From the IMG/VR virus record IMGVR_UViG_3300001487_000119, positions 96,001 to 160,000 of that record: a stretch of DNA of 64,000 nucleotides; one strand, 5' to 3'. The stretch is from a virus. Lineage: Duplodnaviria; Caudoviricetes. Positions 10,374 to 20,966 of the stretch are shown here, one piece after another. The position numbers and the translations under genes are program-made. Numbering within the stretch: the first letter of the stretch is position 1; each line of letters starts with the position of its first letter. The notes under the pieces are model-generated. The model did no database searches, was not told the origin of the DNA, and saw only the letters and a list, made by a program, of their open reading frames with translations.

Positions 10374-13300
10374 ATGAAAAAAATTCTTCTCTTTTTATCT
10401 TTTCTCTTAATGAGTATTGGAATGTGGGGCGCCACTGAAACAGCGACTTTTACACCATCTAACTTCACAGGACAAGGCACAAGCGGAACAGGTTCTGCGA
10501 TTAGTGCAACAGTAGACGGAGTTACATTTTCATGTGATAAAGGTTATGGGGCCGCTCAGATAAGGTGTTATAGCGGGAGTAAAATCACAATTTCTTCTAC
10601 GAATACGATAACGGCAATTTTCTTTACTTTCAGTGACTCACGTACGGGTGGGTTGGAGACATTATATACAAGTTTAAGTACTACATCATGGTAGAAAACT
10701 CTTTCATCTCAAGCAAGAATAACAGAATTGATTGTGACATATTTAGATTCTTCACCAACTATATATACTGTCTCATTTAATAATGCAATTGGTGAAAATC
10801 CATCGCCAATAAAACAACCAAATTACATGATAGGGATCGAACTACCCATACCTACATTTAATTCTGCATGTGAAAATGATGGATGGGTATTTGCAGGATG
10901 GAGTGAAAGCAACTCAGATTATTCATCTCTAAAAACTGGTACATATATGCCAGAAAAAGATACAACTTTATATGCTGTTTATAAAAAGAGTGAAGGAGAA
11001 AATAAATGGGTAAAACTTACAAGTGATACTCTGTTATCTAATGGTATGAAAGTCGTTATTGTTGCACCAGAATGTAATATGGCATTATACCATGAGACTA
11101 TTTCATCTAGTTATTGCAAATATTGGAACTTTAATATAAACAATATTGATAATGATATAAAAAATTATCTTACAATATTTAATTCAGAAATAAATGGAGA
11201 ATGGTATTTTGGAGATAATACAAATGGTTGGTTATATAATTCAAGCAGTAATAATTTAAAATTCGATGAAACATACAAAAGTAGTTGGGATTTAGAATAC
11301 ACTAATAATAAATTTTCAATAACAACAAATTCTAAATGTTTATCATGTAGAACAGATTTAAATGGTGATAATCAATATAAATTTAGAATGGGAGGCAATG
11401 CATGTAATGTTGGTGAACATGAGTTTGATATATATGCAAAAATTCGATCAATATCATATTCATTTAATCCATCATGTTGTGAGAATATTATTACAATAAA
11501 CAAATTTCCAACAGAAATCGGTTCATTTGATTTAAGCACAAATACTGTATGTGGTGATGGTGATGGTGGAGAAGTTGAAATTATAAATATAGTTCCAGAT
11601 GATGGTTATATGCTAGATACTATTTTTGCAGTTGATACTGTAAATATGAGTATTGTTGGTACAACAAATATGGCTGAACATAAAATTACTGGAATTAAAA
11701 CCAATTGTGTGGTAGTTGTAGTATTTACACCACTTCCACCAGAACCAGAAATAGAAATTGTTGAGTGGAATCCAGATTATATAAAAGTGGGTATTGATAA
11801 TTTTGATGCAGTAACCGCGGTTATTGAAAATAAGAATACACAAGAGGTACATGAAAATAATGTTGCAACAGAATTGTTTTTTAGTAAATATTTTGAAGCT
11901 GAGACAACAATTAAGATGCTAGGAATTTATAATGGGAAGCAAGACTCATTAAATTTATCTGATTATACAATAAAGGCCGGGGATGGTACTAAAGGGACAT
12001 CTTGGGAAAAGATATATGATTTATCAAATTTGGGTTGGATTCATTCTGGAGAAGAAATAATATTATATTCATACTCTGATGATGCAAACACAACTACCGT
12101 CATTAATTGTATTAATAGTCATGGTGCTGGTTTTAGTAAATATATACGAGTTAAAACAGGTGGAATTGTTAATGGTTCACTAACATTTAATGGAGATGAT
12201 GCTATTGGATTGTTTAAAAATGATAAACTAATCGATATAATTGGTGCCGGAACTTCTGATGCAATCTGCGTTACCGGATTAAAGGGAAAAACAAATGGTA
12301 AAGATAAAGACACAATAATGTACAATACACACCATATTGATAATTATTGCTGGATAACAGATACAGCCGATAACACTAATGGTTATAGCAATGTTATTGC
12401 TACCGATTTATGCCTTCTTATTAGAAAATCAAATGTTCATTCAGGAGATAGTGCAGTTAAGTATAATACAACAGATTTTGTTACATTGGGTAGAGAATGG
12501 TTTGGAAAATTAGTTTCTAAAAAAGATTCATCAACATGTAAAAATTTTGATTATGTTGGTACATTCAATTACAATGAACATTACTCACAATATACTCAAG
12601 TTGGTGATAAAATTTTATTAGCTAAAATTGATTCTGATGGTTCATATAAAATATCAATTCCTGATTTGGACACCTTATCGTGTACATATTTAAAAGTCAT
12701 AGTTAATGATGATTCTAATAATTCAGAAGAGTGTGAATATAAAATTCCTATATTTGTGACAGAAAATACAAATTCCAATTCATTAATCTCTCAAGAAGGT
12801 GATGATTGTCCAGAATGTGATGTTGTTATTATTAAAGGCGGTAAATTAACAGTTAATTCTAATTTAACAAACAGAGATGTAACAGTATATCCAGGTGGAG
12901 TTTTAATTATTCCATCAGATCAAACTTATAAAGTTAATTCTTTAACACTTCGTCGAGATAATGATTCTATTCCATATTTTTCATATAAAGGAACATTAAA
13001 TACTAAAAAATTTAATATTGATTTAAGAACTGATGCAGAAGATTGGAGATGGATGACATTACCGTTTACAATTCATACTGACAGTATTAAATTATCTAAT
13101 GGGAAACCAATTAATTTGAATAATAATGTTTGGATTTCATATTATGATGGAAAACACCGTTCAATATATCAAAAAAATGCATGGAAAGATATTTATAAAG
13201 ATACAGTATTTAATGCAGGTGAAGGATTTTTATTTGGTGTTGATCTCCCAGGAAAATCTAAGAAAATTTACAGATTCCCATTTAATAAAGATTCTATTGA

Positions 13301-14222
13301 ACATGAAAAATCAGATAAAATTATTAGAAACCTATATGCATGGGGAGGAAATAATGAAAATCTAGCACCTAATCATAAAGGATGGAATCTAATTGGAAAC
13401 CCATTTATGGATGCTGATACTACAGATATTATAAAACCAATTAGAATTGGAAGATTGAAAAAAGATTCTGTTAATGGACAGTGGACTGGTGGTTGGGTAT
13501 CTGATACAATTGAAGATACACATGGTAAAAAATTGCGTTATGCTGTTATTCCTAATAAAAATGAAGAATTTGCAGATGCAGGATATTATGAATCAGTTGT
13601 TTTAGATGACTACATATTAAAACCATTAACTTCATTCTTTGTTCAAATTAGTGGAAATGAAAGTGATATGCAAACATTAACATTTGAATCAGAAAAAAGA
13701 ACAAATAGAATAGTTGCAAGAAGAACTCCAATTAATGAAAAAGATGAAGAATTATTCTTAAGAATCAAAATAGGGAACAAAAAAACTGGTTGCTTTATAT
13801 CTAATCATTTTAATAAAAACTACGAACCAGGGGATGATTTAGAGTCACGGTATACATATTATCAGTTAATTAATGGATATAAATTATTATATTCTGCAAT
13901 AAATGATTCTATTATTGAGAATGGAGTTCAAATCCACTCGCTTGGTGGAAAAGTAACATTAGATCCAAAAGTTGAAACTGAAAAATTTGAATAGATTTAT
14001 ATTCTTTATAATAATGAGTGGTATGATTTATTGCATGGTGATGAACCAGAAGTTTTAGGCGATTTTATATTATATGGAAAAAGAAAAATTCAAGAAGATA
14101 TTCCAACAGATATCGGTAATATAAAACCTGGCCAAGGAACATTTAAATTTATAAACAAAGATAATGTTTATATAAACAATAAAGGAAAGATTTATAATAT
14201 ATTTGGTTCACAAATAAAATAA
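10374..14222 (+). CDS. Large secreted surface protein (1282 aa): InlB-B-repeat-like, lamin-tail-domain-like, T9SS-CTD-like; TAG-recoded
   Basis: Three track ORFs in one frame joined at TAG 10692 and 13992; signal peptide; GWVFAGWS..TTLYAVY; ELFFSKYFE..GIYNG..LNLSDY..FNGDDAIGL..LIDIIG; C-terminal KFINKDNVYINNKGKIYNIFG. Confidence 0.8.
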
Positions 14223-14251
14223 AAAGGAGGAGATTAAATTCTCCTCTTTTT
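14222..14251. terminator. Bidirectional terminator
   Basis: aaaaggaggag..ctcctcttttt between convergent genes. Confidence 0.7.
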
Positions 14252-14252
14252 A

Positions 14253-15464
14253 TCACCATATATCATGTGAAACTCCTTTACGCCGTTCTTTATGAGTTAC
14301 TTTTCTAATGCATTGCAAATATTCAGGATTTAATTTTTTAATATCAAATTTAATATGTCCTTCTTTATATAATTCTATTTCCTTTGCATTATATTCTTTA
14401 GTTCCTTCTGGATACCAATTATCAGATGTGTATTTTTTATTAATTTTATTTAATTCTTCGCATGCATAATCGTCAGTTTTTTGATCTGCCAACCATGTTG
14501 TTTTCTCACAAATATTAAATACTACATATGGTTGACAAATATAACCACCTAATGTCACATCAAATACAACATCAAATTGTCTGACAATATCATGGAATTT
14601 TTCTTTTTCTTCATTTCCACGTCTGAATCCGTCTTCTGGCCAATTAGCTATCACAAAATCATTATTTCTCAAACTATTTGCAACTAACATATCATATAAT
14701 AGCCATTCATCCCAAATATCATCATTATGTGCTAAAATATCATAATCTGTTTTATCTTTACATCTTTCTGGATGCTTTTCTTTATATTCAGCAAGACATT
14801 TATCAATTATAGCTTTATTGCTTTCATTAATACGTGGAATTTCTTTTAGTTCTGATTCTCGGCACCATTTATTATGGTTTATTTTTACAGAAGCCTCTTC
14901 TGGAAACAAATCATCTGTTACCATATCTTCAATAATTGGCCAATCCTCGTATCTTTCACTTGGACAACTATCACAACAATCTTCACATCCCATTATAGAA
15001 TCTACAACTTGAGATTTATTTGAATTTGTAATTTCAACCTCAGGTTCTTCAACTTCAATAATAATCTTTTTCCAATTTTCTCCATCAAATATATATTCAT
15101 TCCCATTATATTCAACCATGGCTCCTTTATGGAATATAGTAAAGCCAATAACAGTTGGTCCAGCAGCTTTTTCTGGATCTGTTGTTGATTGTCCAATATA
15201 ATATATCATATCATTTAAATCTCCTGGCGCAGTTAAATCAATCTTAATCCATCTGGTCACCCCGTCCTCACACCGTACGTAACGATATTCTGCATCTTTA
15301 TATACGATATAATCACCTGGTTTAAAATCAGTATAATTCTCAATAGTAGGCCCGGTTTCACTAAGTGGATCGGTAGTTGACACACCTTTAAATATCCAAT
15401 CATTTAATGTCTTTATTTGATTATTCATTTCTTCATTAATCATTTGATTTCTATATGTACACAT
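14253..15464 (-). CDS. Hypothetical protein with two N-terminal G.STTDP..GPT repeats
   Basis: 403-aa ORF; repeats FKGVSTTDP..GPT..F..GD..Y...EY and YIGQSTTDP..GPT..F..G...Y...EY. Confidence 0.8.
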   Translation of the reverse strand: MCTYRNQMINEEMNNQIKTLNDWIFKGVSTTDPLSETGPTIENYTDFKPGDYIVYKDAEYRYVRCEDGVTRWIKIDLTAPGDLNDMIYYIGQSTTDPEKAAGPTVIGFTIFHKGAMVEYNGNEYIFDGENWKKIIIEVEEPEVEITNSNKSQVVDSIMGCEDCCDSCPSERYEDWPIIEDMVTDDLFPEEASVKINHNKWCRESELKEIPRINESNKAIIDKCLAEYKEKHPERCKDKTDYDILAHNDDIWDEWLLYDMLVANSLRNNDFVIANWPEDGFRRGNEEKEKFHDIVRQFDVVFDVTLGGYICQPYVVFNICEKTTWLADQKTDDYACEELNKINKKYTSDNWYPEGTKEYNAKEIELYKEGHIKFDIKKLNPEYLQCIRKVTHKERRKGVSHDIW

Positions 15465-15476
15465 AATTGTAATTTT

Positions 15477-15980
15477 TTAATTTTCTTCTAATGTTAATTT
15501 ATAAATTTTTTCTTCTAATGGCTCCGATAAACCATTTTTGTATGTTGCATTATTATATAATCCATATGCCACAGATAAATTTATATTTTCATATGTTGGT
15601 GCATATTCTTCATTTTTGTTTTCTTTAATTACAAAATCTGAAAATTTATAAAAGACATCATATTTCCCCATTACGGTTAAAGTACTTCTAAAATAAATTG
15701 TAAAGTTTTTAGTTTCTATATAATATCTAAAATCATCAAAATTTATTGAACACTTATATATACAAGAAAACTTAAAATTAAAAATATATGCAGTTTCTAT
15801 AAAATCTTTCAATATATCTTCTCTACAAAAATATATTGGAAATTCACGCCAAATTTTAATTCCGAATATTGAAATTTGATAATTCAATATGTAAACATCA
15901 CTATCAAAATTATTTGTTTTAAGATGTTTCTTAATTATTTTAATAGGTCTCTGTAATTTTTCTGTTTCCATCTTTGTCAA
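15477..15980 (-). CDS. Hypothetical protein
   Basis: ORF in co-directional cluster. Confidence 0.65.
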   Translation of the reverse strand: MTKMETEKLQRPIKIIKKHLKTNNFDSDVYILNYQISIFGIKIWREFPIYFCREDILKDFIETAYIFNFKFSCIYKCSINFDDFRYYIETKNFTIYFRSTLTVMGKYDVFYKFSDFVIKENKNEEYAPTYENINLSVAYGLYNNATYKNGLSEPLEEKIYKLTLEEN

Positions 15981-16557
15981 ATTTATTATTATATTCTAAT
16001 AAAAGTTGTTCAATATTTGATTCTCTTTTGCAACACTTGTCATACCATTTGATTCTGAGATTCCAATTTAATCTAATTGGCTGTACAACTTTTTGATTAT
16101 TCAAAATAGTTTTAGCTAACTTAATTTCACGCGTTGTCAATCCTTCAAATCCATCAGTATGCACAAAATTAAATAGTTGTTTATCCAACATATCTCCTTC
16201 ATCATCAAAAATTACATATGATTCAACTTCATCTTCATGTGCATCTAGCCATCTCTGAATTTCATCTCCGCGTTCTCTTCCCATATGATCTGTTACATCA
16301 TATATAGCTTTAGTAAATATGGAATCCTCAGTAATTGTCCCGTTTGCTTGCTTTGCCCATCCATTAAAAAGTTTATTTATAAAATGCTCTGCATTTTTAC
16401 TTCCGGTACTCCAAGAAGATGATACAACAATTTTAGCATCTGTTTCCTTTATAAGTTCTTCTAATAATGCTACTTTTTCTGGATCCAAATGCCATCTGCA
16501 TTCTGGTGTGGAAATGACACCGTCAAAATCAAGAAATATGATTTTCAGTTTTTTCAT
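15940..16557 (-). CDS. HAD-superfamily (Swiss-Army-knife RNA-repair-type) phosphatase
   Basis: IIFLDFDGV, KIVVSSSW, RGDEIQRWL, YVIFDD, GLT motifs. Confidence 0.85.
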   Translation of the reverse strand: MKKLKIIFLDFDGVISTPECRWHLDPEKVALLEELIKETDAKIVVSSSWSTGSKNAEHFINKLFNGWAKQANGTITEDSIFTKAIYDVTDHMGRERGDEIQRWLDAHEDEVESYVIFDDEGDMLDKQLFNFVHTDGFEGLTTREIKLAKTILNNQKVVQPIRLNWNLRIKWYDKCCKRESNIEQLLLEYNNKFDKDGNRKITETY

Positions 16558-16746
16558 TTATGCAATAAGGTTTCCGTCAACATAGAAATCTTCATTATTT
16601 CTACATTCCCAATTTTTAATATAGCCCTTTCGACACATATAAGAAACTAATGGGTAATAAACAGTTTCATCGTTGTTGCTATATTCTTTTACAGCTTCAA
16701 TAATGTCCAATGCTTCTTCATTTGTCATATTCTTTGTATTTTTCAT
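16558..16746 (-). CDS. Small hypothetical protein
   Basis: Tightly packed ORF. Confidence 0.6.
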   Translation of the reverse strand: MKNTKNMTNEEALDIIEAVKEYSNNDETVYYPLVSYMCRKGYIKNWECRNNEDFYVDGNLIA

Positions 16747-17056
16747 TTAAAAATTTTCTTAGTTTTCCAATATGCACATATTCAGCTTTTGCATGTTGGC
16801 AATCTTTATCAAATTCAAATTCAGACAAATCTAAATTTGTTATTCCAAACTTCTCATTCAACATAGTTGGTAGCCAATCATCTGAATCTTTTAGATATAC
16901 TTCCAAATCTCCTTTTAAAATATAAAAATTCTCACCATTATATCTTGCAGATGATTCGCGTAGTGTCATTATAAAAGCCACAACTAAATCTCCGACTTTT
17001 GTTAATTTAGTAATATCGAAATCTTTATCAAAAATATCAATTTTCATCGTCTTCAA
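16718..17056 (-). CDS. Hypothetical protein
   Basis: Overlapping co-directional ORF. Confidence 0.7.
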   Translation of the reverse strand: MKTMKIDIFDKDFDITKLTKVGDLVVAFIMTLRESSARYNGENFYILKGDLEVYLKDSDDWLPTMLNEKFGITNLDLSEFEFDKDCQHAKAEYVHIGKLRKFLNEKYKEYDK

Positions 17057-17534
17057 ATTTTTCTTTTAAGCGAAGATATTCTTTATATTCACAATCTTCA
17101 TCTTTTTCAAATTTTTCTTTTAGACGAAGATATTCTTTATATTCATAATCTTCCTTGTCTTTTTTATGCTTTTCAATAATAGCAAGTTCTTCTTCATCAG
17201 TAAATTGCCAAATATCAAAATCTCTTAAAATTCGAATATATGGACTATATATGATTTTATTATCACTGTTTACGTGCATATAAAGACGAAAATTTCCACT
17301 ATTCCAGTTTTGCGGTTCAATAATAAGTTCATTACCTAATTTTGGTTCGTCGTCATCATCATACCCAGTACCTAATGCTATAAATGTTTTGTCTGTAAAC
17401 GTAATAATACACATGTGTGTATCATAATTGCCAGTATTGGTAAATGCAACTTTATCTACCACTTTATTCTTTAATAGATCATAGTCAGAATCATCATGTA
17501 GAAAAATTTGTTTATAATCGTTATTTCGTACCAT
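17037..17534 (-). CDS. Hypothetical protein with C-terminal tandem duplication
   Basis: EDYEYKEYLRLKEKFEKD / EDCEYKEYLRLKEKFED; AAAC-N17-TATAAT upstream (minus strand, ~17565-17591). Confidence 0.75.
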   Translation of the reverse strand: MVRNNDYKQIFLHDDSDYDLLKNKVVDKVAFTNTGNYDTHMCIITFTDKTFIALGTGYDDDDEPKLGNELIIEPQNWNSGNFRLYMHVNSDNKIIYSPYIRILRDFDIWQFTDEEELAIIEKHKKDKEDYEYKEYLRLKEKFEKDEDCEYKEYLRLKEKFEDDEN

Positions 17535-17661
17535 AATTTTAAAATATTTTTTAATAATTCAAATATTATAAATCAAAAAATGATAAAGTTTCAAAAAAAT
17601 GAGGGACTTTCACAAGCACCTCATTCCAAAAATACCAATATACATATGAAACATATATTAA

Positions 17662-18390
17662 TTACATCTTTTGAAGCTCTTCATCATTTGGAACAGCCTC
17701 ACCGATAAATGCATCATGAAGCTCGATGAATTCTTCAAGTTCAGTAATCTTAAAATCAAACTTAATACCAGCAGTTGCAATATTAATGCGTTCGCGCATA
17801 AGTTTGAGTTTTTTATCAATATTTGACAATTGTCTAATAATCTCAAGAACATTTTGAAGAATATGACTGTATGTTACAAAATTCTCGTCATCTTTCTTCT
17901 CAACTTTTTCAATATCAAAACCTTCTAATTCTGCCATTGCTTTTGCAGATTCAAGTCCAACACCAGCAGGATTAGACATGGTTTGATAAAGATACATAAG
18001 TGTTGCATAATCAACTTCAAATGGAAGTGTAGCATCAGCTTTATATTTCTCAATAGCTTCAGAAATAACTTTATCAAACATAAGCATTCCCTTCCATGTT
18101 CCCTTCTCCCAATGATTCAAAGTTGCATTCCAATTCTTAAGGAGTTTTGCAAATGCAAGTGCATCATGATCCATAATAACATATGTTTTATTTGCATATT
18201 TTGCAACTTCTTTATCAAATTCTGCTTTAGCTTTATCAACATCTTCTTTAGTTGCTTCCTCATCATAAACATTAAGCCATTTACCAAACTTTTCACGAAG
18301 ATCTTTACGGAATTTATCATGCAGTTTCTTTAATTGCTCGTCACTCATTTGAGTTGCATCTACTTTTTCATTAGTTTTCTTGTTTGCCAT
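17662..18390 (-). CDS. Hypothetical helical protein
   Basis: 242-aa ORF. Confidence 0.8.
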   Translation of the reverse strand: MANKKTNEKVDATQMSDEQLKKLHDKFRKDLREKFGKWLNVYDEEATKEDVDKAKAEFDKEVAKYANKTYVIMDHDALAFAKLLKNWNATLNHWEKGTWKGMLMFDKVISEAIEKYKADATLPFEVDYATLMYLYQTMSNPAGVGLESAKAMAELEGFDIEKVEKKDDENFVTYSHILQNVLEIIRQLSNIDKKLKLMRERINIATAGIKFDFKITELEEFIELHDAFIGEAVPNDEELQKM

Positions 18391-18392
18391 AA

Positions 18393-18623
18393 TTAAATCG
18401 ATTTAATTTTATTTTTATAATGTTTTCTTCTAGCTTCTTTTTCCCTATATTCATCCATTGTCATATAAAATTTTCTTGGAATGGTAATATACTTAAAATG
18501 GTCAAGCTGATCCCAATTACCTACGCATGGTACAGTTTCAGCTAATTTATATTTAAAATAATGAATGGATGTATTTTTATTTTGTGTTTTTCTATTTATG
18601 ATTTTTAATCCTTTAGTTTTCAT
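18393..18623 (-). CDS. Small basic hypothetical protein
   Basis: ORF abutting next gene. Confidence 0.6.
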   Translation of the reverse strand: MKTKGLKIINRKTQNKNTSIHYFKYKLAETVPCVGNWDQLDHFKYITIPRKFYMTMDEYREKEARRKHYKNKIKSI

Positions 18624-18651
18624 TTTTTCTTTGATATATTTTATTTTTATA

Positions 18652-18867
18652 TTATTTTGTAATTTTCATTAATGGATGTTGTCTAGCATATTCAATACCA
18701 TAAATGTTTACGAGATACTTGTCTAAAATCAAATTATTTTCATATATAACCTTATTTGGTTTAAATCCGTATTCATCATAATCTGAACGTTTTGGTTCTG
18801 GATCATATCTCCCACTAAATGACTAATCATTTTTCCATTTATTATAATCCTTTTCGTAATCAGTCAT
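18652..18867 (-). CDS. Small hypothetical protein (one TAG), absent from ORF track
   Basis: MTDYEKDYNKWKND(Q)SFSGRYDPEPKR...ITK-TAA, 71 aa under code 15. Confidence 0.65.
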
Positions 18868-18877
18868 AACTTAAAAA

Positions 18878-19087
18878 TTATTTTTTCTTTGTTATACTTC
18901 TATATTTCTTAGCTGCACAAGAATCACATGTTATTAATAAATCTTGCTCACTGTCAAATTCCTATTCAAAATTTTTAATATTTTTAGCATTATTGAATAT
19001 CTATCCGGTATATTGAATATCTATATAGCCAGTACCCTATTTAATTATTTTCTAGCCATAAAAATATATATTCCTATAAACTTTCAT
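18878..19087 (-). CDS. Small hypothetical protein with four TAG codons, absent from ORF track
   Basis: MKVYRNIYFYG(Q)KIIK(Q)GTGYIDIQYTG(Q)...CDSCAAKKYR; fills the gap between flanking genes. Confidence 0.65.
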
Positions 19088-19092
19088 ACTAA

Positions 19093-19626
19093 TTACAATA
19101 AAACTATTAACAATGTAATTAAACCCCCCAGAATGATACTGTTTATACCAATAAAGGATGCTAATTCCCATTTGAAATTAGGAAATCTATCTAAAATTGG
19201 TGCATACTTCCATTCAACAACATAAGAACATGAAACCGTTTCTAAAATTTCACCACTTTGTTTATTGTCATTATCAAATTCTTCAATATAGTAAAAATTA
19301 GGTGCTTCAAAATAATCTCCCCAATTAATATCGGTTGCAATATATCTTGTTATCGGTAAAACAGCCTCTTGAAGTTTTTGGTATTTCATTATATCCGAAC
19401 CTGCTAATTGAAAATTTTCCGGAATAGAAACAATACCAGTAATAGCAGTCATATCTTCATTAACTGCTAATCTATATTCATTAAACTTTGATTTTGGATC
19501 TGCAATTTCTTGTTGAATGTCTATTAGAAATTGTTTTCTATTATCTCTATCAATCTTTATTTGTTTTAGATTGTTAAAAAATTGTTGAATTCGCTTTCCA
19601 AATTTAGTTTTTAGTTTCATAATCAA
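19093..19626 (-). CDS. Membrane-anchored protein (C-terminal TM helix)
   Basis: Ends FIGINSIILGGLITLLIVLL. Confidence 0.75.
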   Translation of the reverse strand: MIMKLKTKFGKRIQQFFNNLKQIKIDRDNRKQFLIDIQQEIADPKSKFNEYRLAVNEDMTAITGIVSIPENFQLAGSDIMKYQKLQEAVLPITRYIATDINWGDYFEAPNFYYIEEFDNDNKQSGEILETVSCSYVVEWKYAPILDRFPNFKWELASFIGINSIILGGLITLLIVLL

Positions 19627-19717
19627 TATATTGATTTTAATATTTTATGTAAAGTATTTATTTTTGTTTATTTATAAAAAGAAAAGCATCTGATTTCTCA
19701 GATACTTTTAATAAAAA

Positions 19718-20584
19718 TCAATAATGTCCGAACTAACAAAGATCTAGCGCACCGTTCATATCTACATATGTGTCTACCAAATCTTTGTGATTAATTGTCA
19801 GAATTCGTTTAAGATTTTCTTTACCGCGATAAAGATAGTTCTTAACAGTAGATTCATTCATTGATAACTCATCCGCAATTTCACGGATTTTCTTTCCATC
19901 AACAAGTTTCATATGAAGAATCTTGCCTCCAATACCCGGAATATGCGACATCTCTGCAACAGATACATCATAAAGCTCTTTTGTAATATCAGAAAAATCA
20001 CTTGAAATAAATTCAGCTCCGTTGAAAACGCCATTCTCGAATTCAGAAATATTCTGAATATAAGATTGGGAACGATTAACCATCTCAGAATCATAAATGT
20101 CTGCAATATCGTTATCAACAATATTCAGTTTTGTCTGGTTTTTGATAAATCCAAGACAATTGTTGCGGCAAATTGTCCACAACCAAGTCGAGAACTTTGC
20201 TACATTAGGATCATAAGAATCAATTTTATTAAATGCATTAATAAAGGTTTCAATAGTCATATCATATGCATCATCATTGTTTTTTACAAACCCGAATGCA
20301 TATTGCTTAATACCATACCAAAAAAATTCCTGAAGTGCTGTCCATGACTTTTCAGATTTAGTTGCCAAGAAATCATTAACTAATGCATCAGCTTGAATAT
20401 TAATTTTCTTTTTTGGACGCCCAGCTTTTCTCTCTGCTTTTTCGGCAAGCTTCATTGATTCTTGAATTTCTTCATCAGTTACATTAAGTAATACATCAAT
20501 TTCTTGATTTTCATCATTCATGTTTACATCATTCATTTGTGAAAGCTCCGATTCAATTAACATTTCAAAATTGTTATTTACCAT
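19718..20584 (-). CDS. Phage sigma-70/ECF-type RNA polymerase sigma factor
   Basis: Region 2 (DAYDMTIETFINAF..IDSYD...KFSTWLWTICRN) and region 4 HTH (KIREIADELSMNESTVKNYLYRGK); TAG at 19733 extends by QFGHY to TGA under code 15. Confidence 0.88.
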
Positions 20585-20755
20585 ACGATTTTTACTGTTT
20601 TTGTATTTGTTGTTATTATACTTTTTAATTTATGATATTAATTTATAATACAAAGATTGTACTTTTTTATTAAACCAAAAAATAGAAGTTATATTTTATT
20701 TTTATTTTTTTACATAATTAAATAGCACATGTAAGCACCTTTTTATTTTTTACAG

Positions 20756-20796
20756 TGCAAAATTATTGCTTTTTCATAAATTAAAAAATAGAAGTT
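20756..20796 (-). promoter_or_regulatory. Putative early promoter: CTTCTATTTTTTAATTT box + Bacteroidetes -7 element TAnnTTTG
   Basis: Minus strand AACTTCTATTTTTTAATTTATGAAAAAGCAATAATTTTGCA; second variant at 20649-20690. Confidence 0.7.
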
Positions 20797-20966
20797 AATT
20801 TTTATTGATTTCTTGATTATATTTATTTATGTTTATATTATTTTATTTTTATATTGCAAATATACAAAAAAGTTTTGAAAAAAAAATGCATTTTTTAGTT
20901 ATTTTTTCAATTTTTGATCAATGAAATAATTAAAATAAATAAAAAAAGTATATTCTATAATAGTAT

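Noticed and set aside
8929-14222. Host DNA contamination or prophage boundary
   Set aside because: The large gene carries in-frame TAGs and the cluster has the same AT content and ATAAATA motifs as the flanking phage genes
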